A stretch of 64,000 nucleotides of DNA, taken from NCBI GenBank assembly GCA_964016885.1, contig OZ024741.1, positions 271,250,001 through 271,314,000 of the forward strand. The letters are read 5' to 3'. This DNA comes from Eledone cirrhosa (Eukaryota). The translations under genes and the position numbers were made by a program. Each line of letters begins with the position of its first letter. The first letter of the stretch is position 1. Below, one piece after another: positions 1 to 13,011 of this stretch. The notes under the pieces were generated by a model, which had not been told where the DNA came from, did not search any database, and worked only from the letters and a program-made list of their open reading frames with translations.

Positions 1-47
<47 letters not shown>

Positions 48-107
48 CACATGTAATATATATATATATAAATATATGTGTATATTTATACATATATATT
101 ACATGTG

Positions 108-165
<58 letters not shown>

Positions 166-172
166 CACATGT

Positions 173-207
<35 letters not shown>

Positions 208-412
208 GGGTGAATATGTCTCCAAAAGAGAGAAAACACAATATCTGTTGCTAGAACCCAATAAAAACATACATACACCCCCACCACCGCATACACATAT
301 ACGTACAATCTTATATAAATATATTATGTCTTCGTTCGGGGGAAGGTTTAAATATATTTTAAATACTTCTGGACCCATATGTATCTACCTGCCTACATAC
401 CTACCTACCCAC

Positions 413-494
<82 letters not shown>

Positions 495-862
495 CTCCCC
501 TTCTCACTTCCTCCCGTTTGGCTTGTAGTGGGTCTCTTCTTGCTTACATCTCACTCACATCGGACGGTCTGTACCTCTCTCGCTCATGAAATCCACCCAG
601 CTTATGCTGACCGGACAACCATGCTGCTTGTTTATTTTCCTATCTTTGCTTTGCTTTTATCCTTCTATGTTGTTTACTTGTCCCCCTCGCTTTACGCGAA
701 TTACTGGTCCCCAATAACTTTTTTTAGTTATTGCTCGCACCAACCTGAGGTATATGATTCTAATGCGATGAAATACCAATGATGGTTGGAAAATCACTGA
801 CGAAGGACTATCTTTATCATATGTAACCCATGTGCAACCGCGCAGTATTCTTCTTTCTTCTC

Positions 863-919
<57 letters not shown>

Positions 920-931
920 AAAGAGTCAGGA

Positions 932-1025
932 CCCCGACGGCTGAGTTCCGGCCGTTTCGACAGCTAGATCCGAACTAAGCCACCAGTATTAGGACGGCGG
1001 CAATCTAGCTGAACTTATCAAGGGG
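932..1025 (-). ncRNA. Type I hammerhead ribozyme motif, U3-A8 core variant
   Basis: Minus strand reads cccc-TTGATAA-(long stem II cagctagat/atctagctg)-GAAA-cggc..gccg-TC-gggg; GUC cleavage triplet; adjacent to (TA)n. Confidence 0.65.
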
Positions 1026-1686
1026 TACAGTCCATGCCAGCACCAACAGCTTTGCAAGAGATATCAACATGAATGGACCTGTTATTTTTATCTAAAGACA
1101 TTTTTTCCAATTCCAACCCGCCCGTCCCCTCAATCTATCTTATTTCTCATTTTTTCTTCTGATGATATTTTAGGTTAACGCTTGATATAGCAGGAAGAGG
1201 GTCTTAACGTTTCGGACGTTTCCTTCCATCCATCAATCCGTTTATCCAAGTAATTTAATCAAGAAGGCCTTTTTTATTCTCAAGGTGCCTATACTTCGTT
1301 CAGAAGCCAAGATCACGGTGGTTATTTTTTATCCCCTTTTTTTAATTTTTTTTTATTTGAGGAGATATGTTGAACGATGAGTAGTTAGTGGTGATGTGTT
1401 CTTTTATTGTGAGGAGTAAGGGTCGAATATTGTTGTTGATGTAGAATTGGCTGTACTTACCACATTCCAAACTATACATCACACAGGTAATAATTAGTGC
1501 TGGCCATGGGGCAATTGCTTAGGGTGCCCTTTCAGTCATTCTTTCTTTTTATTTTCCTTTCTCTCTCAATTCTGTTCTGATTATCACCTTGACAATCTAA
1601 TCCACTTGCATTGTATGGCTTTCTAAACAAACAAACGGACTTTTCAGTTTCATTTACTACAATGCTTCAAGCAAACTGTCACACCT

Positions 1687-1734
<48 letters not shown>

Positions 1735-1738
<4 letters not shown>

Positions 1739-1886
1739 AACGAGTAGGACCCCTCGCAGGGTGCGGGTGAAAGAACCCGCACCATGCGAGGGGTCCTACT
1801 CGTTCCTATTACCCACTCTACTACCCTAAGTATTGAGTACTTTAGTGCGTTATGGTCCACCTGGTTCCTTACCACATTTCCTTCGT

Positions 1887-1887
<1 letters not shown>
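1735..1887 (+). mobile_element. Short fold-back element in (TA)n (PLE pLTR-like, family G tail)
   Basis: Inverted repeat 1735-1809, then an unpaired tail with ACTC(1815)..GAGT(1835); tail homologous to 22800-22860 and 42300-42358 (reverse). Confidence 0.6.
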
Positions 1888-1921
<34 letters not shown>

Positions 1922-1931
1922 GCATATATAT

Positions 1932-2307
1932 ATATTAATTCAAAATATTAACAAAAATAGACATTCATGTGATGAAGTATATTTTATTATACATATTTCA
2001 GAGGTACTGAGCTAACTTCAACAGTACGTCCTCATCAGATAAAATATACCACGACTGAATCTTAACCATCTACTATGTCAGGGTATGTCATGCATCATCT
2101 TATTTTATCTGATGAGGACGTTCTGTTGAAGTTAGCTCAGTACCTCTGAAATATGTATAATAAAATATACTTGATCACATGAATGTCTATTTTTGTTAAT
2201 ATTTTGAATTAATATTAATAACTCCGGAAAACCATTCTATTGAGTGCTTCCAATCTATTGTAAAACTCATTCTTTGATTTATTCATCGAACCTTGTTTAA
2301 CTTTAAA
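1932..2307 (+). mobile_element. Fold-back mini-element family A in (TA)n, hammerhead-bearing
   Basis: Arms ~1932-2046 / 2101-2215, then ~90 bp tail; homologs at 30607-30958, 32341-32732, 49016-49280. Confidence 0.8.
2101..2167 (+). ncRNA. Type I hammerhead ribozyme motif (mirror copy at 1980-2046, minus)
   Basis: tattttat-CTGATGA-stem II-GAAA-tatgta-TA-ataaaata; 8-bp stem I. Confidence 0.75.
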
Positions 2308-2377
2308 TATATATATATATATATATTATAATTGTAAAGGAACAAGGATTCAGTGTTGCATCATAACATATTTAATA

Positions 2378-2467
2378 ACATATTACATGTTTCACTATCG
2401 ATCAACTCGAGGAAAGACCTATTGTAGACCGAACCTGACTCTGTAATCGAAAGATTGTTAGATATGC
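2378..2467 (-). ncRNA. Decayed hammerhead motif (related to 42466-42560)
   Basis: gcatat-CTAACAA (mutated core)-long stem II-GAAA-catg-TA-atatgt. Confidence 0.4.
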
Positions 2468-3152
2468 TTCTAATATGATCTCGTCTCCGATTCTATGCGT
2501 GAAGATCTCTAGCTATTAGTTATATATATATAAAGTCAGAAGAAACACATATATAGTTAAACATAAGCATAGATATACACTGTATATGTGTGTAGCCCAC
2601 CTTCTAGGATGTGGCTCAATGAATGAATGAATTAAATAAATAATCATTCATCAGAGCTATATAAAATTATAAGTTTGAAGAACATACAGATAAAATTTAC
2701 CTAATTTTTCTTCTTAGTTCGGTTTTTTATCTGTCTGTTCTTCAAACTGATAAATTTGACATCGGTAATTATTTCACTTCTTTTGAACTAAATAATTTAC
2801 CTCATAGCATTATAACCTACTCAGTTATATATATAAAAAAAAACCATATCAATTATTAAATACTTTTCTACTAATATAATTTCAAAATCAAATTAATTAT
2901 ACATAAACAAAGATAATTTACCTACACATTTTGTAATCCAAATTCTTTCCACCTTATTATTATACTTTCATAAGACTACTTTTGTTTCCCAGAATATTTT
3001 TTTTCGTTTTTTTTCCTTTGATATAATATATATTTTTGATTTAATAGCTATTTTATTTGATTATAAGCAACATATAAACTGAATAACGATCTATTTTTGT
3101 TTTATTTTATGACCAATCTAATGACGTTATATTTTAAATAATTGCTAAAATG

Positions 3153-5100
3153 TGTCTGGTGGTGTGGTAGTGTGTGGTGGTGTGGTAGTGTGTGGTGGTG
3201 TGGTAGTGTGTGGTGGTGTGGTAGTGTGTGGTAGTGTGGTAGTGTGTGGTGGTATGTGGTGGTGTGGTAGTGTGTGGTGGTGTGTGGTGGTGTGGTGGTG
3301 TGTGGTGGTGGTGTGGTGGTGTGTGGTGGTGTGTGGTGGTGTGTGGTAGTGTGGTAGTGTGTGGTGGTGTGGTAGTGTGTGGTGGTGTGGTAGTGTGTGG
3401 TAGTGTGGTAGTGTGTGGTGGTATGTGGTGGTTTGGTAGTGTGTGGTGGTGTGTGGTAGTGTGTGGTGGTGTGGTGGTGTGTGGTAGTGTGTGGTGGTGT
3501 GTGGTGGTGTGTGGTGGTGTGTGGTAGTGTGGTAGTGTGTGGTGGTGTGTGGTGGTGTGTGGTAGTGCGTGGTGGTGTGTGGTGGTGTGTGGTGGTGTGT
3601 GGTGGTGTGGTAGTGTGTGGTGGTGTGTGGTGGTGTGGTAGTGTGTGGTGGTGTGTGGTGGTGGTGTGGTAGTGTGTGATGGTGTGGTAGTGTGGTGGAG
3701 TGTGGTGGTGTGGTTGTGTGTGATGGTGTATGGTAGTGATGTGTGGTATCGGAGTGTGGTGGGGTGGTTGTGTGTGATGGTGTATGGTGGTGGTATGGTG
3801 GTAGTGTATGGTATCGGCGTGTGGTGGTGCTGTGCTTGTGTGGTAGTGTGTGATGGTGTGTGGTGGTGGTGTATGGTATCGGCGTGTGGTGGTGCTGTGG
3901 TTGTGTGGGAGTGTGTGATGGTCTATGGTGGTGCTGTATGGTATCGGCGTGTGGTGGTGCTGTGGTTGTGTGGGAGTGTGTGATGGTCTATGGTGGTGCT
4001 GTATGGTATCGGCGTGTGGTGGTGCTGTGGTTGTGTGGGAGTGTGTGATGGTCTATGGTGGTGCTGTATGGTATCGGCGTGTGGTGGTGCTGTGGTTGTG
4101 TGGGAGTGTGTGATGGTCTATGGTGGTGCTGTATGGTATCGGCGTGTGGTGGTGCTGTGGTTGTGTGGGAGTGTGTGATGGTCTATGGTGGTGCTGTATG
4201 GTATCGGCGTGTGGTGGTGCTGTGGTTGTGTGGGAGTGTGTGATGGTCTATGGTGGTGCTGTATGGTGGTTTGAACCATAATCTTTTCCTTAAAAACTAT
4301 GTTGGGTGGTGTGTAGTGGTGGTGTGTGGTATAGGAGTGTGGTGGAGTGTGGTGGTGTAGTGGTATGTGATGGTCTATGGTGGTGGTGTGTGGTATAGGA
4401 GTGTGGTGGAGTGTGGTGGTGTAGTGGTATGTGATGGTCTATGGTGGTGGTGTGTGGTATAGGAGTGTGGTGGAGTGTGGTGGTGTAGTGGTATGTGATG
4501 GTCTATGGTGGTGGTGTGTGGTATAGGAGTGTGGTGGAGTGTGGTGGTGTAGTGGTATGTGATGGTCTATGGTGGTGGTGTGTGGTATAGGAGTGTGGTG
4601 GAGTGTGGTGGTGTAGTGGTATGTGATGGTCTATGGTGGTGGTGTGTGGTATAGGAGTGTGGTGGAGTGTGGTGGTGTAGTGGTATGTGATGGTCTATGG
4701 TGGTGGTGTGTGGTATAGGAGTGTGGTGGAGTGTGGTGGTGTAGTGGTATGTGATGGTCTATGGTGGTGGTGTGTGGTATAGGAGTGTGGTGGAGTGTGG
4801 TGTTGTAGTGGTATGTGATGGTCTATGGTGGTGGTGTGTGGTATAGGAGTGTGGTGGAGTGTGGTGTTGTAGTGGTATGTGATGGTCTATGGTGGTGGTG
4901 TGTGGTATAGGAGTGTGGTGGAGTGTGGTGGTGTAGTGGTATGTGATGGTCTATGGTGGTGGTGTGTGGTATAGGAGTGTGGTGGAGTGTGGTGTTGTAG
5001 TGGTATGTGATGGTCTATGGTGGTGGTGTGTGGTATAGGAGTGTGGTGGAGTGTGGTGTTGTAGTGGTATGTGATGGTCTATGGTGGTGGTGTGTTGGTT
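3153..5100. repeat. GT/GGT-rich satellite with 65-bp (~7 copies, 3805-4268) and 64-bp (12 copies, 4316-5095) tandem arrays
   Basis: gtatcggcgt recurs every 65 bp from 3811; ataggagt recurs every 64 bp from 4331 to 5035. Confidence 0.9.
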
Positions 5101-5492
5101 TGAACCATAGTCTTTTCTTTAAAAAACTGCTAAATTGTCAGGCTGACATTTCAATTAACACTACAGTTTTTCTCGCTCTAACTGTTTGTTCAATAAGTTG
5201 ATTAAGTCAGTGATGGTAATGTTGTTGCTGTTGTTGTTGTTGTTGGGCATGGTGGGGCGGTGGTGGCGGTGGTGGTTGTAGTTGTGGTGGTGGTGGGGTG
5301 GGGAAAGGGATGTTTGTAGTCAGGCAGTAAATTGAGCTATTTATTTATCTCTGTATCTCTCTATGCAAATCTTTCTTTTTTTCTCTTTTTCTTTCTCTTT
5401 TTCTTTCTCTTTTTCTTTCTCTTTTTCTTTCTCTTTTTCTTTCTCTTTTTCTTTCTCTTTTTCTTTCTTTCCCTGTTTCATTCTTTCTTTTT

Positions 5493-5553
<61 letters not shown>

Positions 5554-5750
5554 ACTCTCTGTCTCACTCTTTCTGTATTTATTTATATCTCTGTCTGTCT
5601 ATCTATTTCTACACATACGTACATTGCATAAACACATACATACACACACAGATACATACTTACATACATACATTACATACATACATTACATACATACATA
5701 CATACAAAGATACATACATACATACATACATACATACATACATACATACA

Positions 5751-5781
<31 letters not shown>

Positions 5782-5839
5782 CTTTCAACTAGTCTATCAG
5801 TTGCCTCCCAAGCAACTTAAGGGTCGGTACACACCATAC

Positions 5840-5892
5840 CCAGCTTTTCCCGTGTTAAAGGCCCTTAACTCGTCTAACGTCATCGCCGCCAT
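5840..5892 (-). CDS. Possible first coding exon MAAMTLDELRAFNTGKA(G) of an unidentified host gene
   Basis: aaacaaacATGG start context, non-repetitive island, GG|GTATGG donor-like site; no downstream exon identified. Confidence 0.25.
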
Positions 5893-6156
5893 GTTTGTTT
5901 TTGTTGAAACGTTTAGCTGAGAACATAACCGTTGAGATAGTGTGTTGTCTACACTGCACCTGCTCCCATAAACGGTTGGAACAACTACATCCCCGCCTCA
6001 CTCTCGCCTCACTCACATCTCACACCAACACACATGCATACAAACTCATGCATGCTGACATTGCATGCATGAGTGTCTATGCGTATGCGTGTGTGTATGT
6101 GTGCGTGTCCGTGTGCGTACACATGTACCGGCGCATATACATACACGCAAATACAC

Positions 6157-6243
<87 letters not shown>

Positions 6244-6328
6244 GGGGGTGATATGTATGTATATATACATATATCGGTGTATGTATGTATTATATATACA
6301 TACACACACACACATATATATATATATG

Positions 6329-6387
<59 letters not shown>

Positions 6388-6408
6388 GTATATGTATATA
6401 TATATATA

Positions 6409-6453
<45 letters not shown>

Positions 6454-7009
6454 TACATACAGACTTGACAAACACATAAATGTCCAAGTGTGGTAGTGGT
6501 AGGGGTAGGGGTACGTGTTGACTTTTCTTCCGTCGCACTTACACATCGACCCTGCACCCCCACCGTCACCACTACAGTGCCCCACCCCTGCCATCAACAA
6601 ACGCTCCCCCACGCCCTCACCCGGCCCTGTCCGTCTATCCTCCCCTCCCCCACATCCACAATTTACATCTTATGTCTGAAAATAAACAACTTACCATACT
6701 TATTTAAACAGGTGCTCCGGAGAAAACACACTGCTTGCTGTTACATTGGTTGTCATGATGATGGTGGTGATGGTGGTGGCGGCGGCTGTGGTGGTGGTTG
6801 TGGTGGTGGTAGTAGTGGTGGTGGCGGCGGTGGTGGTAGTAGTGGTGGTCGTGATTGTGGTGGTGGGCATGATGGTGATGGTGGTGGTCATCATCATAAT
6901 CATAATCATCACCACCAGCATAATCAACATCGTCATCATCATAATCATTATCATCATCATCATCATCATCATCTTCAGCATCATCATAATCATTACATAT
7001 ATATATAAC

Positions 7010-9136
7010 ATCCTTGAACAACATATCATGTGATATAGTAAAAAAGCTCCAGATTGAAGATAGGACTGAGCCTTTCACGCCTAAAAGCCCGCACTTCAAC
7101 CTGAAAGACCATAAATCTGACTTTAACTAGAACCCATCTATATCGGTAATATCAGCAAAAAGATTATTGATCGTATCATTCCGCAACTTAGAAAATTTGT
7201 AACACATCCACTATGGGATAACACTTCCCAAGTTATTGAATGGTTTACTAGCATTGGGAATAAAAACTCAGCTTCATTCATTCAATTCGACATCGATTCT
7301 TACTATTCTTCGATTTTTCCAATTCTTTTAAACAAAGCACTGATCTTTGCCAGAAATAGATCGGATTTATCTACTGAGGAAATCAACATCATAACTCACG
7401 CTAGAAAAATCTTACTAAACTTCCAAGAAGAATACTGGACAAGAAACACATAACAACTTATTCGATATTATGATGGGATCCATGGATTCTGCTCAAGTTA
7501 CAGACCTCGTTGGACTATTTCTCCTCTATAACATTCATGACTCTTTTCCCCACCTCAAAGGTGGTCTTTATCGGGATGATTGTCTATTGTTATCTAACAA
7601 TCTTAGCAATTCCAATATAGAGAAGAACAAAAAACAAATTAGAAAATTCCTCAAGGACTATTACAGCCTAAGCATCACTTTTGAAAACACTTCAAAAGAA
7701 GCTAATTTCCTTGACGTTACCTTAGACCTCTCTACGAATACTTATCAACCTTACCACAACCCTACTCAGAATCTACATTGTGTACATTCACAATCTAACC
7801 ACTCTGGCTCTATACTCAAGAACTTAGTATATAACATATCTCTTAGACTTTCTAAATTATCTTCTAATGAAGATATATTTTATAATAATGCACCCTTCTA
7901 CAACGAGGCCTTAACTAGAAGTCGATATAAAGAAAAAATCTCATATATCCCCAACACTACTATGGACCAAAACATAAAACCTAACAAAAACTACAAACAC
8001 CAAAAAATACCATTGAAATAAATACCTAAAGTGGTTATTCCTATTACACCAAACAACCGAAAAACCACAACAACTATTACTACACGATCTATGACCAATG
8101 TTATCAACCCACATATGAATACCAAGCACTCAAAATCTCATAATCTACCCAAAAATAACACTAAATACAACCACGATAATTTACCAAATTCCACAAATAA
8201 GGACACTTACCATAGGAATTCTTCTAGAACACAACACAATAATATAAGTGATAATAAGAACTTAACTAAAAACCGCAAAAGAAACATAACATGCAAACTA
8301 TTGGACAAATCCCCAAAAAATACTTTGAAATTCTACATAAACATTTTCCACTAAACCACAGATACCACCAAATATTTAACAAATATACTGTTAAATTCTC
8401 ATACTCTGCATCAAGCAATCTCAAACAAAAAATAAGCAACTACAACATTTATAAACTTTAAAATAATATGACTACACCACCGCAACATAATTTAATAGGA
8501 CTGCACCTTTTAAAAAGGCAAATAATACAATCTTTCAACCTAGAAAACACAACCACCCAAATCGCCAACACAAAAACAACAGAACACAAAATCACAATAC
8601 AACCCTAGCACCAAACCACCCATAAAGCAACCTTCATTCTCCTGCTATCATTAATTACAATAGGATTAATGAGAATAGTATAGGCACCCCCAACAACCAT
8701 CTTACGTATGGCTGTAATTGCAGAAATAGAAGCATTTGCCCTTTAAATGGAAACTGTTTGATTAATAATGTAATATATAAATGCACTGTGTCTACTACAG
8801 ACTCCAACAAAACATATATAGGATCTACATCAAACACATTTAGGAAAAGATTTTACGCACACTCTAGTAGTTTCAACAATACTAAACTAGCTAACAACAC
8901 ATCTTTAGCTGAAGCGGTAAATAATTATAAAACGAAAAAAATAGATTTCAAGTTATCGTGAAACACCATTCTACAAAAAACTCCATATCTTGGGAACAGG
9001 AGGGAATGCAGATTATGTTCAGGGGAGATCTTGGAAATTACTAAATTTAAGGACGATTTATTAAATAAAAGACAGGAATTGATCATAGTTTGTAATCACC
9101 GTATACGAAAAACATTTAAATACTATAAGCCTAATT
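7010..9136 (+). mobile_element. Penelope-like retroelement (Neptune-type), 5'-truncated, degenerate RT + GIY-YIG endonuclease
   Basis: LKDHK, FIQFDIDSYYSSI, MGSMDSAQVTDLVG, GGLYRDD (RT); CNCRNRSICPLNGNCL Cys-rich linker; VIYKC..TYIGST..FRKRFYAH (GIY-YIG); stops and frameshifts. Confidence 0.92.
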
Positions 9137-9198
9137 AAATACTGTAAACCTAATTAAATACTGTAAACCTAATTAAATACTGTAAACCTAATTAAATA
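9130..9198. repeat. 19-bp tandem repeat at the PLE ORF end
   Basis: cctaattaaatactgtaaa at 9130, 9149, 9168, partial at 9187. Confidence 0.85.
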
Positions 9199-9504
9199 TT
9201 CTAAATAGCAACTCACTATAACTCCATATAGAGTAACATTTATTAGTACCTCTTTCCCCTAATTATATGCATTCATGCTTATCTTTTAACTTTTAATGTT
9301 TTAGCTTCCTTAGATTTATGCGTTAATGACTAAAGGCAACAAGATACACAGCCACCCGTAATTGCATGAGTAAATATATATCTATGTATGATATGGAAAT
9401 ATATTATGTGTGTGTATGTGTATATAGATATATATATGTGTGTATATGTATTTATGTATGTGTATATGTGTATATATATATGCTTGTATATGTGTATGTG
9501 TATG

Positions 9505-9535
<31 letters not shown>

Positions 9536-9677
9536 GTATATATATATATGTGTGTATATATATATATATGTTTGTGTGTGTGTATATGTGAGTATAGGTG
9601 TATGAGTGTTTATATATGAGTATGTGCACATGTATGAGGAGTGTACATATACTCACACATGTGTATATATATGCGTA

Positions 9678-9708
<31 letters not shown>

Positions 9709-9777
9709 GTATATGTATGTATATATATATATGTATATGTGTATATATATATATATGTGTGTGTGTGTGTATATATA

Positions 9778-9843
<66 letters not shown>

Positions 9844-10039
9844 AGTGTGTGTATATATATATATGTATATATGTGGGTATAGATGTGTATGTGTGGATAT
9901 AGATATGTATGGATATGTATGTATATGATTATATGCATACGTGTAAATGTGTATTTAGATTTGCATCTATTTGTGCGTATGTATATTTTTGGTTGGATAT
10001 CAATTTAACTGTACCTCTCTCTATATGCATGTAAATAAA

Positions 10040-10185
10040 TATTCTCTTTATCTGATAGTTTGTAACTAACCTTACATAGATCAATTACTGAGTATAGCTA
10101 CAATGTATTATCATCATCTAGAAACGATCGTAAAGCAGTGAAGTATATCTCTAATGACTTGATTTTTTATTTCATTGTTTTAACT

Positions 10186-10190
<5 letters not shown>
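10040..10190 (+). mobile_element. Probable 3' pLTR remnant of the PLE, with a degenerate hammerhead
   Basis: GAAA-cgatcg-TA half-core; 5' core not canonical; homologous to 61550-61710; ends in (TA)n. Confidence 0.45.
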
Positions 10191-10217
<27 letters not shown>

Positions 10218-10296
10218 TATATCGAGAGAGAGAGGGAGAGAGAGGGGAGGGAGAGAGAGGGAGAGAGGGAGAGAGGGAGAGAGGGAGAGAGGGAGA

Positions 10297-10356
<60 letters not shown>

Positions 10357-10380
10357 CAGAGTAAAATCTTTAAATTTCAG

Positions 10381-12675
10381 AGAAGATCATTAAAACAACA
10401 CCAACGACACCACAACCGACACCACCAACACCACCAACACCACCACCAACAACAACGACACCAACAACAATAACAATAGCAACAAAATCAAAAACAACAA
10501 CACCAACAACAACACCAACAACACCACAACCAACACCAAACACCACCACCTACAAAAACAACGACACCAACAACAACACCAACAACACCACAACCAACAC
10601 CAACAACACCACCGACACCAACAACAGCACCAACGAGACCACAACCAACACCAACAACACCAACAACAACGACACCAACAACACCACCAACAACACCACA
10701 ACCAACACCAACAACACCAACAACAACGACACCAACAACACCACCAACAACACCACAACCAACACCAACAACACCAACAACAACAACGACACCAACAACA
10801 CCACCAACAACACCAACAACACCAACAACAACAACGACACCAACAGCACCACCAACGAAAAACAATACCAACAACACCACCACCAACACCAACACCAACA
10901 GCAACAACAACACTACCACCTACACCAACAACAACACCACCACCAACAACAACACCACCAACAACAACAACACCAACACCAACAACAACACCAACACCAA
11001 CAACAACACCAACACCAACACCAACAGCAACACCACCACCAACAAAAACAACACCAACAACAACAACAACACCACCACCAACAACACCAACAGCAACACC
11101 ACCACCAACAAAAACAACACCAACAGCAACAACAACACCACCACCAACAACACCAACAGCAACACCACCACCAACAAAAACAACACCAACAGCAACAACA
11201 ACACCACCACCAACAACACCAACAGCAACAACAACACCAACAACAACAACAGCAACAGCAACAACAACACCACCACCAACAACACCAACAGCAACAACAA
11301 CACCAACAACAACAACACCAACAGCAACAACAACACCACCACCAACAACACCAACAGCAACAACAACACCAACAACAACAACACCAACAGCAACAACAAC
11401 ACCACCACCAACAACACCAACAGCAACAACAACACCACCACCAACAACACCAACAGCAACAACAACACCAACAACAACAACACCAACAGCAACAACAACA
11501 CCACCACCAACAACACCAACAGCAACAACAACACCAACAACAACACCAACAGCAAAACCGCCAAAAACAACAACAACACCAACAACAACAACACCAACAC
11601 CAACAGCAACAACAACACCAACAACAACACCAACAGCAACACCACCAAAAACACAACAACAACACCAACAGCAACAACAACACTACCACCTACACCAACA
11701 ACAACAACACCAACAGCAACAACAACACCAACAGCAACAACAACAACAACAACACCACCACCAACACCACCACCAACAGCAACACCACCACCAACAAAAA
11801 CAACACCAACAGCAACAACAACACTACCACCTACACCAAAAACAACAACACCAACACCAACAGCAACACCAACACCAACAGCAACAACAACACCAACAGC
11901 AACAACAACACCAACAGCAACAACAACAACAACAACACCACCACCAACACCACCACCAACAGCAACACCACCACCAACAAAAACAACACCAACAGCAACA
12001 ACAACACTACCACCTACACCAAAAACAACAACAACACCAACACCAACAACACCAACACCAACAGCAACAACAACACCAACAACACCAACAACAACACCAA
12101 CAACAACACCAACAACACCAACAACAACACCAACACCAACAACACCACCTCCTCCTCCACCGCCACCAACAACAACACCAACAACAACACCAACAACACC
12201 AACAACAACACCAACACCAACAACACCAACAGCAACGACAACATCACTACCTCCTCCTGCACCACCACCAACAACAACACCAAGAACAACACCAACAACA
12301 ACAACACCAACACCAACACCAACAACAACACCAACACCAACGACACCATCACCACCTCCTCCTGAACCATCTCCACCACCACCAACAACAACACCAACAC
12401 CAACAACGCGACCACCTACACCAACAACACCAACACCAACACCACCACCAACAACAACAACACCAACACCAGCACCACCACCAACAACAACAACAACAAA
12501 ACCAACAACAACAACACCAACAACAACAACAACAACAACAACAACACCAACAACAACGACAACATCACCACCTCCTCCTCCACCACCAACAACAATACCA
12601 ACACCATCAACACCAATACCAACAAGAGCAATTATAGCGAGAACGCCAAAAGAAAGATGGTGGCAAGACATGTGA
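10381..12675 (+). CDS. Thr/Pro-rich mucin-like (PTS) repeat, possible large exon with 3 apparent frameshifts; may be a non-coding triplet repeat
   Basis: tttaaatttcag acceptor at 10380; reads KIIKTTPTTPQPTPP...TSLPPPAPPP...PSPPPPEPSPP...PTRAIIARTPKERWWQDM*; frame slips near 10539, 10860, 11650. Confidence 0.35.
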
Positions 12676-12793
12676 TAGTTATGGTAGAAATGACATGTAA
12701 AACTGTGAAAGACGTTATAATAAGATGGAAGACATGGAAAAAATGGGAGAGAAATAGCATCGTTATAACTTTCAAAGAATATACATTACCTCA

Positions 12794-12850
<57 letters not shown>

Positions 12851-12952
12851 ACATATATATATATATATACATATATATATATGTGTGTGCGTGTGTGTGT
12901 GTGTATGTGTGTATGTGTAGATGAGTCCGCACGTATGCATATATTCATACAT

Positions 12953-13011
<59 letters not shown>

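Noticed and set aside
797-830. Isolated CTGACGA
   Set aside because: No downstream GAAA or UH with matching stems
2672-2748. Small inverted repeat
   Set aside because: Single ~24-bp arm pair with no ribozyme core, tail motif or second copy in the window
3805-5095. Regular 64-65-bp periodicity as a CRISPR-like array
   Set aside because: Units are identical end to end with no unique spacers; eukaryotic context, no cas genes
6490-7008. Gly/His-rich 172-aa ORF
   Set aside because: Built from (GGT)n and (CAT)n repeats; no supporting splice or domain evidence
10920-12671. 583-aa Val/Gly/Leu minus-strand ORF
   Set aside because: Antisense shadow of the ACA/CCA repeat; composition changes at the frame slips
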